In this document: in pieces, positions 36,762 to 44,927 of the stretch | Position numbering within the stretch: the first letter of the stretch is position 1 | Layout: every line of letters begins with the position of its first letter | Source of the DNA: a virus | Lineage: Duplodnaviria > Heunggongvirae > Uroviricota > Caudoviricetes | Reading direction: 5' to 3' (one strand) | Virus record (IMG/VR): IMGVR_UViG_3300029570_000316 | Length of the DNA: 44,927 nucleotides | Position numbers and translations under genes: made by a program | Notes under the pieces: model-generated | What the model saw: the letters and a program-made list of their open reading frames with translations, nothing else | Told to the model about the DNA's origin: nothing | The model's database searches: none

Positions 36762-37752
36762 TACTCTTCTCTTTAAATCCTACATATCTCTTCATTTCAC
36801 TATAAGCTCTCTTCATAGCCTCAGCCGGAGAAAGATTATACTTTTTCTCAATATCGCTTGTTATATCCGCAAGATGCTTTCCAAACAACTCTTCAATATA
36901 ACAGTCATCTTTCATCCGCTGAATACCCCTTGCATATATCTTAGCCTTATCCATGCCCCATTCCAATCCCATTTCGTGAATAAATTCATCCAATTGCATA
37001 AGGCTTTTCTTTCCGAAGTTTCGGAATTTTATCATATCGAGCTTGGAATATTGTACCAAGTCTCCAATAGTATCTATGTCGGCTGCCTTTGTCACATTAA
37101 GGACACGAACCGGTAAATTACAATTAACTAATCTGATGGAGAACAATGAAGGGGGAACATCTTCAGGTTGTTCTTCTTCTTTTTCACCCTCTTGCATAAT
37201 AAACTGCATTTTTACATTCTTAATTTCCTCTTTCAAGGAATTGTTCTCCATCTTCAAGTCTACAAATTCTTCAATCGCATAGTTGAACTTCCGGATAGCC
37301 TTAATAACAATCTGGCGCACCCTTTCTCTTGAAAGTTCAAAATTATCGGCTATATCACTAATTCGGTCTCCATTGAAAAATGCTTGCATAATCTTTTTCT
37401 CTCGTAATCCGTATTGTGCCGTTAACTCCAATAACATACAAAGTGAACTACCTATTTTGTCATAGCTGAAAGAAGAAACGTTCAACGCATCATGCATTAA
37501 CATTTGTATCTTAGCATTTACCTTGCGCTCACTTGCCAACAACTCTTTCCGCTCTCTTTCAAGTAAATCCTCTGAGACAGATAACATCTTGTATTTCTCG
37601 GAATACTTCTTAACATCATCGGCATTCACCCAAAAGCGTTTACTGCTTTTATCATTGTAGCCTCCAAGCAAGCCCTTGTTAACCCAGTTCGTAATCGTCT
37701 GAGGGTCAACACCTAAATAAGCAGCGGCATCATTTCTTGTCATTCTCTCCAT
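36754..37752 (-). CDS. Transcription regulator: excisionase-like HTH + sigma70 region-4 HTH + RNAP alpha-CTD-like domain
   Basis: TRNDAAAYLGVDPQTITNW; ISDIADNFELSRERVRQI; LPVRVLNV..AADIDTIGDLV...RNFGKKSL. Confidence 0.85.
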   Translation of the reverse strand: MERMTRNDAAAYLGVDPQTITNWVNKGLLGGYNDKSSKRFWVNADDVKKYSEKYKMLSVSEDLLERERKELLASERKVNAKIQMLMHDALNVSSFSYDKIGSSLCMLLELTAQYGLREKKIMQAFFNGDRISDIADNFELSRERVRQIVIKAIRKFNYAIEEFVDLKMENNSLKEEIKNVKMQFIMQEGEKEEEQPEDVPPSLFSIRLVNCNLPVRVLNVTKAADIDTIGDLVQYSKLDMIKFRNFGKKSLMQLDEFIHEMGLEWGMDKAKIYARGIQRMKDDCYIEELFGKHLADITSDIEKKYNLSPAEAMKRAYSEMKRYVGFKEKSNE

Positions 37753-37767
37753 ACGAAACCCTTTCTT

Positions 37768-38493
37768 TTATTTTTTGTTCTTAAAATATTCACCATAGGC
37801 ATTAACCAAATCTTTTTCAGTAATACCTCTACTCAAACAATCATTAGCGAAATCTACTCGTACATTATCATTCCTTTGAACTTTATTGTATCGTTCTGAA
37901 TACTCTTCAATTAAGTCCGCAACAACCATATACGCTTTAATTTGGGAGGTTTTAAGCATGTCAACACTAACAAAAGTCTTGCATATATTGATACCTCGCC
38001 TTTTGTCAATCTTTTGCAGATAAAGCCCCATACTTGTAGCAACAACCTTACTTGTATCATTCTTATAAATAAGTACCGTATAGCCTACTTCTCTTTCGAT
38101 GTGAGCAAGCACCCTATTAATTGGCATGTTTTCTATTCCCAATGCTCGCTCGGCATATCTCCGCAAGAAATGAGGCGTATAACTGAACTGCTCTGCACTA
38201 TTCTCTTCGTCCAACAAGGAAGTAGCACATACGTAATCGTTCGTTTCCTTGCAATAGATAAACATGTCAAAATAGAATTGTCTTATGTTCCCTCTATCTA
38301 CAAACACGCATACTTTGTACTCGGTAGCGTCTTTCGTCTTGAAATCATAACACTGAGTTGTGTATCGTCCCATTCCCTTACGAAGCTCACGGATGAGTTT
38401 CTTTGCTTTTTCGATAGCAAACTTTTCTAGCATAGGCTTATCCTTCTTGAATATATCAAAGAGTTCACGCCCTGTCATTGAACCTATAATCAT
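37768..38493 (-). CDS. Phage hypothetical protein (241 aa)
   Basis: Contains YTPHFLRRYAER. Confidence 0.75.
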   Translation of the reverse strand: MIIGSMTGRELFDIFKKDKPMLEKFAIEKAKKLIRELRKGMGRYTTQCYDFKTKDATEYKVCVFVDRGNIRQFYFDMFIYCKETNDYVCATSLLDEENSAEQFSYTPHFLRRYAERALGIENMPINRVLAHIEREVGYTVLIYKNDTSKVVATSMGLYLQKIDKRRGINICKTFVSVDMLKTSQIKAYMVVADLIEEYSERYNKVQRNDNVRVDFANDCLSRGITEKDLVNAYGEYFKNKK

Positions 38494-38828
38494 TCTCTAC
38501 CCTCCTCTTTTTCGTTCAATTCGCTAGTAAAAGAACTTTTTAATCCATCGTATTGCTTTACCACCTGTTCCAAAGCCTTATTCTTCTCACGCAACTCATC
38601 ACGCTCTAAGAGTAACTTTCTGTACTTCTCTAACTCATATCTAACTTCTTTCGAGTGAAGCCTCTGTAGCTGATTGTTGAGTTCATTAAGTCTGTAGCCT
38701 TGTTCACGTGTTTTCTTACGAAGATGACATAATTCTTCTTGCATTTTTGAATAATTCTTCAATACCCTAAGAGTTATTCGCTCTTCGGGTATATCCTTAT
38801 TCACATCATTCTTTCTTGCCTTACTCAT
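38490..38828 (-). CDS. Coiled-coil hypothetical protein (112 aa)
   Basis: Probable start ATG 38828 (MSKARK). Confidence 0.7.
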   Translation of the reverse strand: MSKARKNDVNKDIPEERITLRVLKNYSKMQEELCHLRKKTREQGYRLNELNNQLQRLHSKEVRYELEKYRKLLLERDELREKNKALEQVVKQYDGLKSSFTSELNEKEEGRE

Positions 38829-38830
38829 AA

Positions 38831-39100
38831 CTAAAACTCCTTGTCCTTTAAAAATAAAACGCTCCCAACCAAACAACAAATACCTTTCCAGCCAAGCCTC
38901 TTCGCTTGTATTGTAGCCAAAGTATTTATAGGTTTATGTTTGAGAAGTCCATCTTCATCGCACAATAATATGTTATTATCATCAAGATGAACCAACTCGA
39001 CATAACCACCAACTAAAGCCTGAGCCTCCTCTAAAGAAATCTTTTCTCCATTCTTTGGCTGCACCTCTTTGACGATGCAGCCTACCTCGTATAACTTCAT
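38831..39100 (-). CDS. DUF3846-like protein
   Basis: SLEEAQALVGGYVE...CDEDG..K..PIN..AT...LVG pattern. Confidence 0.75.
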   Translation of the reverse strand: MKLYEVGCIVKEVQPKNGEKISLEEAQALVGGYVELVHLDDNNILLCDEDGLLKHKPINTLATIQAKRLGWKGICCLVGSVLFLKDKEF

Positions 39101-39103
39101 GCT

Positions 39104-39574
39104 CTATAAATTTAAATAAGACATCATATCTTGAACGGCATCCATATCGTGCTCAATACTCTGCTCATATTTGCTTTTAAGGCTTTTATAGCCCTCTAAT
39201 ATCGTAAAGCAATAATGTTTACCATCAAAGTAAAAAGGCAACTCATTGCAATTCTTCTTGTTTGCTGTGAAATTATAAGGACTCCCATGTTGAAAATCAA
39301 ACTCGAAAGAATTGTTATCGTCCTTACATCGCTCTACTATCTTACTTCTCCATTCTGCAATATGCGCTTGCATCTTTTTCTTATCGTTAGATGTTTCTAA
39401 CCATAATGTAGATAACGTAGTCCCCAATATCTCCAACCTAATGACATAAACGTTATTTGTAGCCACTGGCTTCAAAGCTTTCAATGCTTCATCCAAAGCA
39501 ATAGCCAAAGCTCCACTCTTGCAATTATTTGCCCTAAATTGGCTTATTACTCTATATGCAGTATTCTTATCCAT
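39104..39574 (-). CDS. Phage hypothetical protein (156 aa)
   Basis: Packed leftward ORF. Confidence 0.7.
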   Translation of the reverse strand: MDKNTAYRVISQFRANNCKSGALAIALDEALKALKPVATNNVYVIRLEILGTTLSTLWLETSNDKKKMQAHIAEWRSKIVERCKDDNNSFEFDFQHGSPYNFTANKKNCNELPFYFDGKHYCFTILEGYKSLKSKYEQSIEHDMDAVQDMMSYLNL

Positions 39575-39586
39575 AATCTCAAAGTT

Positions 39587-39772
39587 TTAAATTTCAACAC
39601 CAAAATTTTCTGCAAATATCTGAAGCATTGTCAGCTCCAAAATAACTTTCTCTGCCTCGTCTTCACTCATACCATAGCATACTGCAAAACGCTGACGTAA
39701 CGTGGCGCAATCCATATCGTGACGCTCATTTAAGAAAGCTATCATATTTCTTACTAATTCTTTGCTATTCAT
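39587..39772 (-). CDS. Small hypothetical protein (61 aa)
   Basis: Follows leader motif copy 4. Confidence 0.65.
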   Translation of the reverse strand: MNSKELVRNMIAFLNERHDMDCATLRQRFAVCYGMSEDEAEKVILELTMLQIFAENFGVEI

Positions 39773-39781
39773 TCTCTTAGA

Positions 39782-39810
39782 CAGTTTTTGCGGTGTGTCT
39801 CACCTTTTTT
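39782..39810 (-). promoter_or_regulatory. Leader motif copy 4 (intergenic, no adjacent -7 element)
   Basis: GGTGAGACACACC at 39792-39804 followed by GCAAAAACTG. Confidence 0.8.
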
Positions 39811-39812
39811 TA

Positions 39813-40067
39813 TTATTTATACTTTTCAATTGTATTAAAGACATTATCTAAAGCCTCATCGCAATATGCCGTACTAGTTACACATGCGCCTCTAGAAATC
39901 GCCTTGTAACAATCCCTAAGACCAAGCAAACCACCAATAAGCTTAGATGCATCATAGCAAGTAAACTTATTCAAGTCCAATGCATCAATAGCATTAATAC
40001 CATTTTCTGTAATAACACCTTTAATATCATTGATGAACTTCTTCTGCTTTTCGGTAATCATCTTCAT
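39813..40067 (-). CDS. Small hypothetical protein (84 aa)
   Basis: ITEKQKKFI...ASKLI pattern; downstream of the promoter at 40159-40168. Confidence 0.7.
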   Translation of the reverse strand: MKMITEKQKKFINDIKGVITENGINAIDALDLNKFTCYDASKLIGGLLGLRDCYKAISRGACVTSTAYCDEALDNVFNTIEKYK

Positions 40068-40268
40068 AACAATTGTACTAGTTTTTAATGTGCTCGCTCT
40101 GCACTATCTTGCAAGAAACTTGTCTTGCGACAAATCTTCAAGTATCTCTTAAAGACATTGCAAAGATACAAAATAATTTTCCAACATGCAAATGTTTTAT
40201 GGTTTTTCTTTATTTATTTAACCTTTATTTACCTATAATGTTTCTATATTACATGCATTAACAATAAA

Positions 40269-40290
40269 GGCAGACTTTCACAAGCCTGCC
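40269..40290 (-). terminator. Intrinsic terminator closing the ASCH/PAPS/ParB operon
   Basis: GGCAGGCTT-GTGA-AAGTCTGCC followed by TTTATTGTT on the minus strand. Confidence 0.7.
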
Positions 40291-40340
40291 AATACATATA
40301 AAGAAGATAATACATTATTATATATAAATTAAAAAGAACA

Positions 40341-41075
40341 TTATCTGTTGTCATACCTGTAGAGTATTACCCTACTTTGTGGAAATACCTTATATATACG
40401 TTCTAAGTCTTCGGGTGCATTATCCCTTAGCCATGCAAAACAATCCAAGTCCAAAGACAAACCGCCCGACGCATTCCCAACCTCTGCATTCTCAGAGCGC
40501 AATGCTCTGGAGTACATTATCGGCTTAGGCAGATGCCGATGTTTCATATATTGCAAGATTTGCTTTTGAGTAAAATCAGCAAGAGGATAACAATTTCCAC
40601 CATGAATGTAATTTTCATCCTCATACGACTTCAACATAAGACTTCGGTTCATCGAGTCTGCTTTCTTCATACCAAAGAATACGTATTCTATTCCGAAACG
40701 CTTTTTTAAGGCTTTTACTACCATAGAAAGATTAAGAACCTTTACTTTTGGATTCGGAACGCAATAAACTCCATAATGAAGATTGTATGTTGTATTCCAA
40801 TGTGGTATCTGCTCGAACTCTATCTTTGGGTATCTAGCCTTCAGCCAGTTTATCCATCGTTGTATATGCTCTAAGTCTTTTACAAGATACATAAATACAC
40901 ATACTATCCGCTCAAACTTATCATATAATAAGTCCAATGTAACAATGGAGTCCTTGCCAAGTGACATCATAACAATGCAATCCGGACTCTGTTCCCTAGC
41001 CATATCAATTACCATATTGGCAACATCTATAGGGTTCTTCCTAACAACTAGAGGCTTTATTCGCTTGCGTCCCAT
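40341..41075 (-). CDS. PAPS-reductase-like PP-loop protein (copy 2)
   Basis: MMSLGKDS, GMKKADSMNR, YPLADFTQKQILQY. Confidence 0.85.
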   Translation of the reverse strand: MGRKRIKPLVVRKNPIDVANMVIDMAREQSPDCIVMMSLGKDSIVTLDLLYDKFERIVCVFMYLVKDLEHIQRWINWLKARYPKIEFEQIPHWNTTYNLHYGVYCVPNPKVKVLNLSMVVKALKKRFGIEYVFFGMKKADSMNRSLMLKSYEDENYIHGGNCYPLADFTQKQILQYMKHRHLPKPIMYSRALRSENAEVGNASGGLSLDLDCFAWLRDNAPEDLERIYKVFPQSRVILYRYDNR

Positions 41076-41077
41076 AT

Positions 41078-41857
41078 TTACAACAAACCTAAAATCTGAC
41101 TTCCGGAAATACGCATAGAGTTAGCGGCTTCCATGTGCAACATATCACAGAAAAGCCGTTTTTGCTCAAAACTTTCGAAATCAATGAAAATGAAGTTATC
41201 AATATCTTCCTTTCTTTTCTTTCCGACATCAGTACAATGCTGTTTCTGATCCTTGACATCTTCCTTTGTCATCTTTGGCTTAGCTGCGTGCTCGGCTACA
41301 ATCTCTTCAGATGTTTTTTCGATGTTGGGTAATTCGGTCATTGGCGTTGGGGTAGTAACTGAAATTATAGGTTCATTCAAGAAATCCTCGCTAAAGTCAT
41401 CCATGCCCGAATCCTTCAATGATGCTTCCAAATCATCTTGCAACATCTTGATTTGTTCAGTATCCTGTTCCGTGAAGCCAGCAGCCTTGAAGTCTATTTC
41501 ATCTATACTAAAGTTCTTGGCAACCAAGTTGTAATCTATCGGGTCTTGCGACTTCGCCATAAACAACAATTGCTCTTTCTCGGTCTTTTCGTCAAAATCA
41601 ACGGCTTCTACCTTGATGTCATAATCAGTTTCGGGAGTACCATCATAACCTTGGATAAGGTCAACGCTCATCACTCGTTTATGCCCATCTATGAGATTTC
41701 CAGTTGTCTCATTCCATTGAATACCCCCAATGAGACCAACTTTCTTAATATTGGCTTTTTGCTGTTTAATGTCCGCATCGGTATGTACCTTCGGGTTGCA
41801 AGGGTTCAAGTTTATTTGAGACCTCTTGATTATCTTTGTTTCACTTCCTTTTTTCAT
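41078..41857 (-). CDS. ParB/sulfiredoxin-like N-terminal domain protein (copy 1)
   Basis: NPCNPK...IKKVGLIGGIQWNETTGNLIDGHKRV. Confidence 0.85.
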   Translation of the reverse strand: MKKGSETKIIKRSQINLNPCNPKVHTDADIKQQKANIKKVGLIGGIQWNETTGNLIDGHKRVMSVDLIQGYDGTPETDYDIKVEAVDFDEKTEKEQLLFMAKSQDPIDYNLVAKNFSIDEIDFKAAGFTEQDTEQIKMLQDDLEASLKDSGMDDFSEDFLNEPIISVTTPTPMTELPNIEKTSEEIVAEHAAKPKMTKEDVKDQKQHCTDVGKKRKEDIDNFIFIDFESFEQKRLFCDMLHMEAANSMRISGSQILGLL

Positions 41858-42558
41858 TTCAGTTCCTCCTTGTTTTTATCAGCTTTCAACAGAACTATCC
41901 TTGCCATTGGGAATACCTTGTATATTTTCTCTAAATCTGCCGGATAAAACTCTTTGAGAAATTTCTGATACTCAATATCCTCAACATCAACTCCTGAACT
42001 TTGTTTATTCGTTCCATTTGCTTCTGGGTTCTTTAAACGATGGTCAAGAATATAATCCATTATTTCCTGGTTTTTATATGTAGATAAAGGATAGAATTTC
42101 TTCGTCTTCCAATTGATAGCTTCCTTTCCATCCGTATAACTTCTAAGCATAAGCCGTCTGTTCAAAGAATCGGATTGTTTAAATCCATAACAAGCCCACT
42201 CTACACCAAGTCTCTTCCTGAGTTTTTCGGTTATATCAGCTAAAGTCCATTGTCTTTGCTTAGGGTCTTGTTTTATTCCCATATATCCGGTTTTTATATC
42301 ATAAAATAAAGCATAATGAGGAACTTGAACAAACTCAATGTTCGGGTACTTGGTTTTAGCGTAATTATAGTAACGCATAATATGTTCCAAGTCTTTTACT
42401 ATATACATGAATACTACCACAACTCTCTTGAACTTCTTGTAGCATAAGTCAAGCAATACGATAGAATCCTTTCCACTCAGAGAATGGAAAAGTAATATAC
42501 TATCTGTCTCCTTGGAAACATCATCAATGATTTCTCTTGCTCTTTTTAGTTCTTGCAT
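41854..42558 (-). CDS. PAPS-reductase-like PP-loop protein (copy 1)
   Basis: HSLSGKDS, GFKQSDSLNRR, YPLSTYKNQEIMDY. Confidence 0.85.
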   Translation of the reverse strand: MQELKRAREIIDDVSKETDSILLFHSLSGKDSIVLLDLCYKKFKRVVVVFMYIVKDLEHIMRYYNYAKTKYPNIEFVQVPHYALFYDIKTGYMGIKQDPKQRQWTLADITEKLRKRLGVEWACYGFKQSDSLNRRLMLRSYTDGKEAINWKTKKFYPLSTYKNQEIMDYILDHRLKNPEANGTNKQSSGVDVEDIEYQKFLKEFYPADLEKIYKVFPMARIVLLKADKNKEELK

Positions 42559-42572
42559 ACATTATTCTCCTT

Positions 42573-42616
42573 AAAAACAAGGGGTGAATGAAAGTTAATT
42601 CATTCTACCCCTCTTG
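42573..42616 (-). terminator. Intrinsic terminator directly after the Arg-rich peptide gene
   Basis: Long imperfect stem (AGGGGT-A-GAATGAA / TTCATTC-ACCCCT) followed by TGTTTTT on the minus strand. Confidence 0.7.
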
Positions 42617-42620
42617 ACTT

Positions 42621-42845
42621 TCAACCTCTTCTAAGTCTGCGGTTTACACGTTCTGTGACATTGTTAGCTGCGGTACGTGCTGCCAAAGTACGCATAGCAC
42701 CACCATAAGTAGTTCCTTGTGCGCCTGTGTTTCGGTACTCAACATTTCTGCCACGTTCACGTCTTTCACCAGCCCTAAGACCAGTTGTACGATTTGTTAC
42801 CGCTCTCCATTGAGAATAACGATAACCTTTTGATGCCTCTGACAT
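42621..42845 (-). CDS. Arg/Gly/Thr-rich basic peptide (74 aa)
   Basis: Co-oriented ORF between a hairpin and a terminator; no Cys; very Arg-rich. Confidence 0.7.
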   Translation of the reverse strand: MSEASKGYRYSQWRAVTNRTTGLRAGERRERGRNVEYRNTGAQGTTYGGAMRTLAARTAANNVTERVNRRLRRG

Positions 42846-42858
42846 AGTTGTAACGTTT

Positions 42859-42916
42859 TAAGTCCACGAATCATAAACTACTCCCCTTGGGGAATTATCT
42901 AGGCTCGGTGGACTTA
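42859..42916 (-). other. Long intergenic RNA hairpin upstream of the Arg-rich peptide gene
   Basis: UAAGUCCA/UGGACUUA base stem and AUUCCC-CAAG-GGGAGU apex. Confidence 0.6.
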
Positions 42917-42923
42917 CGCCCAC

Positions 42924-43439
42924 CTACTTTAGAGTCGTTTCTGTTACCTTGTCAATAACAAAGAAGAAAAACAAAGGACGCTCTTTTTCCTTTTTAAGCT
43001 CCAACGCTTCGTACATTTCATCCAAATCATGGCTATCATACTTTTCGTGAAGAAAATCAATATCTTCTTTCATAACGATACAAGTATCATTCACCAAAAC
43101 ATCACAATCAAGATACCACGAGTTGTTATAATCATGGAAGTGGATTGTCTTTACTACTCGCAAAGGGTCAACAATACCATCCTCCTGCGCTTTGATAACA
43201 TCCTCTTCTTCACCATGCTTCTTAAGGAACTCCAAAACATCCTTGTCGAACAAACGACCAATATAATGGTCTGTATAGGCTCGATACTCAACTTGCTTCT
43301 TTCCTTCAAGAATCTCCTTGGCATTCTTTCTTGTCATAATCAAGTTAAGAACTTCAATAGCCTTGGCTGGCTTGAAATCGGGATACTTCTCTTTAAATGC
43401 GCTTACCTGCGCATCAAAATCTTCTTTGTTATTACTCAT
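42924..43439 (-). CDS. ASCH (PUA-like) domain protein
   Basis: LNLIM...EILEGKKQVEYR (GxKxxExR). Confidence 0.8.
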   Translation of the reverse strand: MSNNKEDFDAQVSAFKEKYPDFKPAKAIEVLNLIMTRKNAKEILEGKKQVEYRAYTDHYIGRLFDKDVLEFLKKHGEEEDVIKAQEDGIVDPLRVVKTIHFHDYNNSWYLDCDVLVNDTCIVMKEDIDFLHEKYDSHDLDEMYEALELKKEKERPLFFFFVIDKVTETTLK

Positions 43440-43465
43440 AATTAATTATTTCAAGGAACGCAATG

Positions 43466-43535
43466 CAAAGATAGCATAATTCTTCCATCCAAGCAAATGC
43501 GTTCGGGTTATTAAACTCACTTTTAATAAATGGTG
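43466..43535 (-). promoter_or_regulatory. Late-class promoter with CACTT-N8-TGGTG box
   Basis: TATCTTTG 43466-43473; box 43518-43535; 44-bp gap. Confidence 0.7.
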
Positions 43536-43539
43536 AAAA

Positions 43540-43908
43540 TTACTTGTTCTCTAAAGGTTTGGTTGCCTTATTAATTTGCATCCGTTCCTTTTTGCTAAAC
43601 ATATCTTTGTAATTCTGAGAATCATCAATGACAAACTTTTCTTCTTTCTTCATATTCATATCTCCTATATGTTTTAGATAATCATTCTTAATCTTTCTCC
43701 AGCAATGCTCGCATCTTGAAGACTTCGTGAACTCTGTCGGCTCGCAAGGGTCAACATCTTTCAAAGAATCAAACTCATGTGGCAGTACCTTAAACACGTT
43801 CTCAAAATGTTCTTTATTGTATCTTAAAGCTTCGTCACGATAACGAAACCAAGTACAACATTCTTGAATGCTTGTGTTCTTGCTGAAAATCAAATATGCT
43901 TTATTCAT
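43540..43908 (-). CDS. Phage hypothetical protein (122 aa)
   Basis: Follows leader motif copy 5; contains CEHC. Confidence 0.65.
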   Translation of the reverse strand: MNKAYLIFSKNTSIQECCTWFRYRDEALRYNKEHFENVFKVLPHEFDSLKDVDPCEPTEFTKSSRCEHCWRKIKNDYLKHIGDMNMKKEEKFVIDDSQNYKDMFSKKERMQINKATKPLENK

Positions 43909-43917
43909 AATCCGATA

Positions 43918-44000
43918 CAGTTGTTTCGGTGTGTCTCACCTTTTTATATTACGATGCAAAGATAAGAATAACACCTTAATTTTGCAAGTTTTTTAATGCT
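43918..44000 (-). promoter_or_regulatory. Early-class promoter plus leader motif (copy 5)
   Basis: Motif 43928-43940; TATCTTTGCA 43955-43964; GCATTAAAA 43991-43999. Confidence 0.8.
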
Positions 44001-44043
44001 TTTGTTTTTATATTTAAACATATTTTATATATCGAAAGAACTT

Positions 44044-44484
44044 TTAATTCTTCATCACCTCAAAATGGGCATCCATAGCCTCAACAATATTACATAACGT
44101 ATCAATATCGGCATTAAAACGCCCCATCTCAATATTACGAATGTTGTTAGGCTTATAACCGGACTTTTCTGCCAGTTCCTCCAATGTTATACCACTAAGT
44201 TCTCTAACCTCTTTAATCTTCTGCCCCATTATATAGCGATAGAGATTTCGATTACGATGTTTCTTGTCATCATCGGGGTTTCTTCTTTGCTCTAAATAAG
44301 CAATTTCAAAGTTCCTTACCTTCAGACAATTAACCATGTTACCAAATATCTTATGCTTAGGGGGAAGAGGAAAACCATCGGCATCTTCTTTTACAAGTTC
44401 TATTTCGCCACCTTCAGTAGCTTGTATGTACTGCGCGAAGCGCACCGCATCATCGTAGTACATTTCCGTAAATCTTTGTATCAT
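44044..44484 (-). CDS. Protein with C-terminal XRE-family HTH
   Basis: MGQKIKEVRELSGITLEELAEKSGYKPNNIRNIEMG. Confidence 0.85.
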   Translation of the reverse strand: MIQRFTEMYYDDAVRFAQYIQATEGGEIELVKEDADGFPLPPKHKIFGNMVNCLKVRNFEIAYLEQRRNPDDDKKHRNRNLYRYIMGQKIKEVRELSGITLEELAEKSGYKPNNIRNIEMGRFNADIDTLCNIVEAMDAHFEVMKN

Positions 44485-44627
44485 ATTTTAAGAATTTTCT
44501 GCAAAGATACACAAAATAACTCACATTTGGTCAAACTTGAAACATACAAATAGGTTTTATTTGGTATTTTTAAGACTTCGCTGTACTTTTGCACAATAGG
44601 AATAAAAATAATTTAAATCATATAATT

Positions 44628-44927
44628 ATGTGGGTATATAGCGAAAAACAAAAGACGTGGGTCAACCTTGAACAAGTTCAGCGAATTGCTAGCGATGGGC
44701 AAGGTGGGTATCTGTTAATCAGTCAAGATGGTAAGAAAACATCCGTCGACCAAACTTGGTATGACAAGGCTATGCGTTGGGTTGACCCTGACTGGTGGGA
44801 GAAACACCCTAATGGCTGTAAGGACTCCTTGAACTTCGAAGATGCTCTGAAGGCTATTATGAAAGCTACAGGTGCAAAAATGGACAAAAAGGATAAGGAT
44901 AACAACAAGAAAGAGGGGGAAGATTAA
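44628..44927 (+). CDS. Hypothetical protein (99 aa)
   Basis: Probable start ATG 44628 after the TACTTTTG promoter element at 44584-44591; ends with TAA at the window edge. Confidence 0.7.
   Translation: MWVYSEKQKTWVNLEQVQRIASDGQGGYLLISQDGKKTSVDQTWYDKAMRWVDPDWWEKHPNGCKDSLNFEDALKAIMKATGAKMDKKDKDNNKKEGED

Noticed and set aside
40341..42558. True sulfate-assimilation PAPS reductase (cysH) as an auxiliary metabolic gene
   Set aside because: Lacks the C-terminal ECGLH motif, and the ParB/terminase context argues against a metabolic role
900..44908. The many antisense or nested ORFs in the track (e.g. 12145-12756 minus, 27743-28213 plus, 41438-41947 plus)
   Set aside because: Shadows of stronger genes on the opposite strand or frame, with non-protein-like composition and no promoter support
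1..44927. CRISPR array, tRNA/rRNA genes, integrase or transposase
   Set aside because: No regularly spaced repeats, cloverleaf or recombinase motifs seen; the 13-bp leader motif is dispersed rather than arrayed
1..44927. Stop-codon recoding (TAG to Gln) as in some Prevotella phages
   Set aside because: Long genes are intact in the standard code and several end naturally in TAG next to the following gene

Overview
A 45 kb segment of a tailed dsDNA phage or prophage of a Bacteroidota host, probably Prevotella/Segatella-like (inferred from many TAnnTTTG '-7' promoter elements and AT-rich translation starts). No integrase, tRNA, CRISPR array or major capsid gene is visible. From left to right it holds: small leftward early genes, a solitary C5 DNA methyltransferase, an RNase H fusion and a putative replication protein with a structured RNA leader; a lysis cassette (u-spanin candidate, GH108 endolysin, holin candidates); a rightward uncharacterised six-gene operon ending in an HExxH protein; a HAD phosphatase; a cassette bounded by 29-bp direct repeats; tail genes including a 2833-aa mosaic tail protein with a C-terminal S74 chaperone; portal and terminase; a RelA/SpoT-type small alarmone synthetase followed by a small protein and an HD hydrolase; a JAB-like protein; an HTH-sigma4-alphaCTD regulator; and an ASCH / Arg-rich peptide / two PAPS-reductase-like / ParB-like cluster. 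Two regulatory codes are readable in the DNA. (1) A CAC-N11/12-GTG palindrome sits 44 bp (once 45 bp) upstream of the -7 element of seven promoters, putting the toxin, JAB and ASCH/PAPS/ParB genes in the same putative late regulon as portal, tail and lysis genes. (2) A GGTGAGACACACC-NN-AA-N-AACTG leader motif occurs five times before probable early genes. All protein calls come from recognising motifs by eye, not from database searches.
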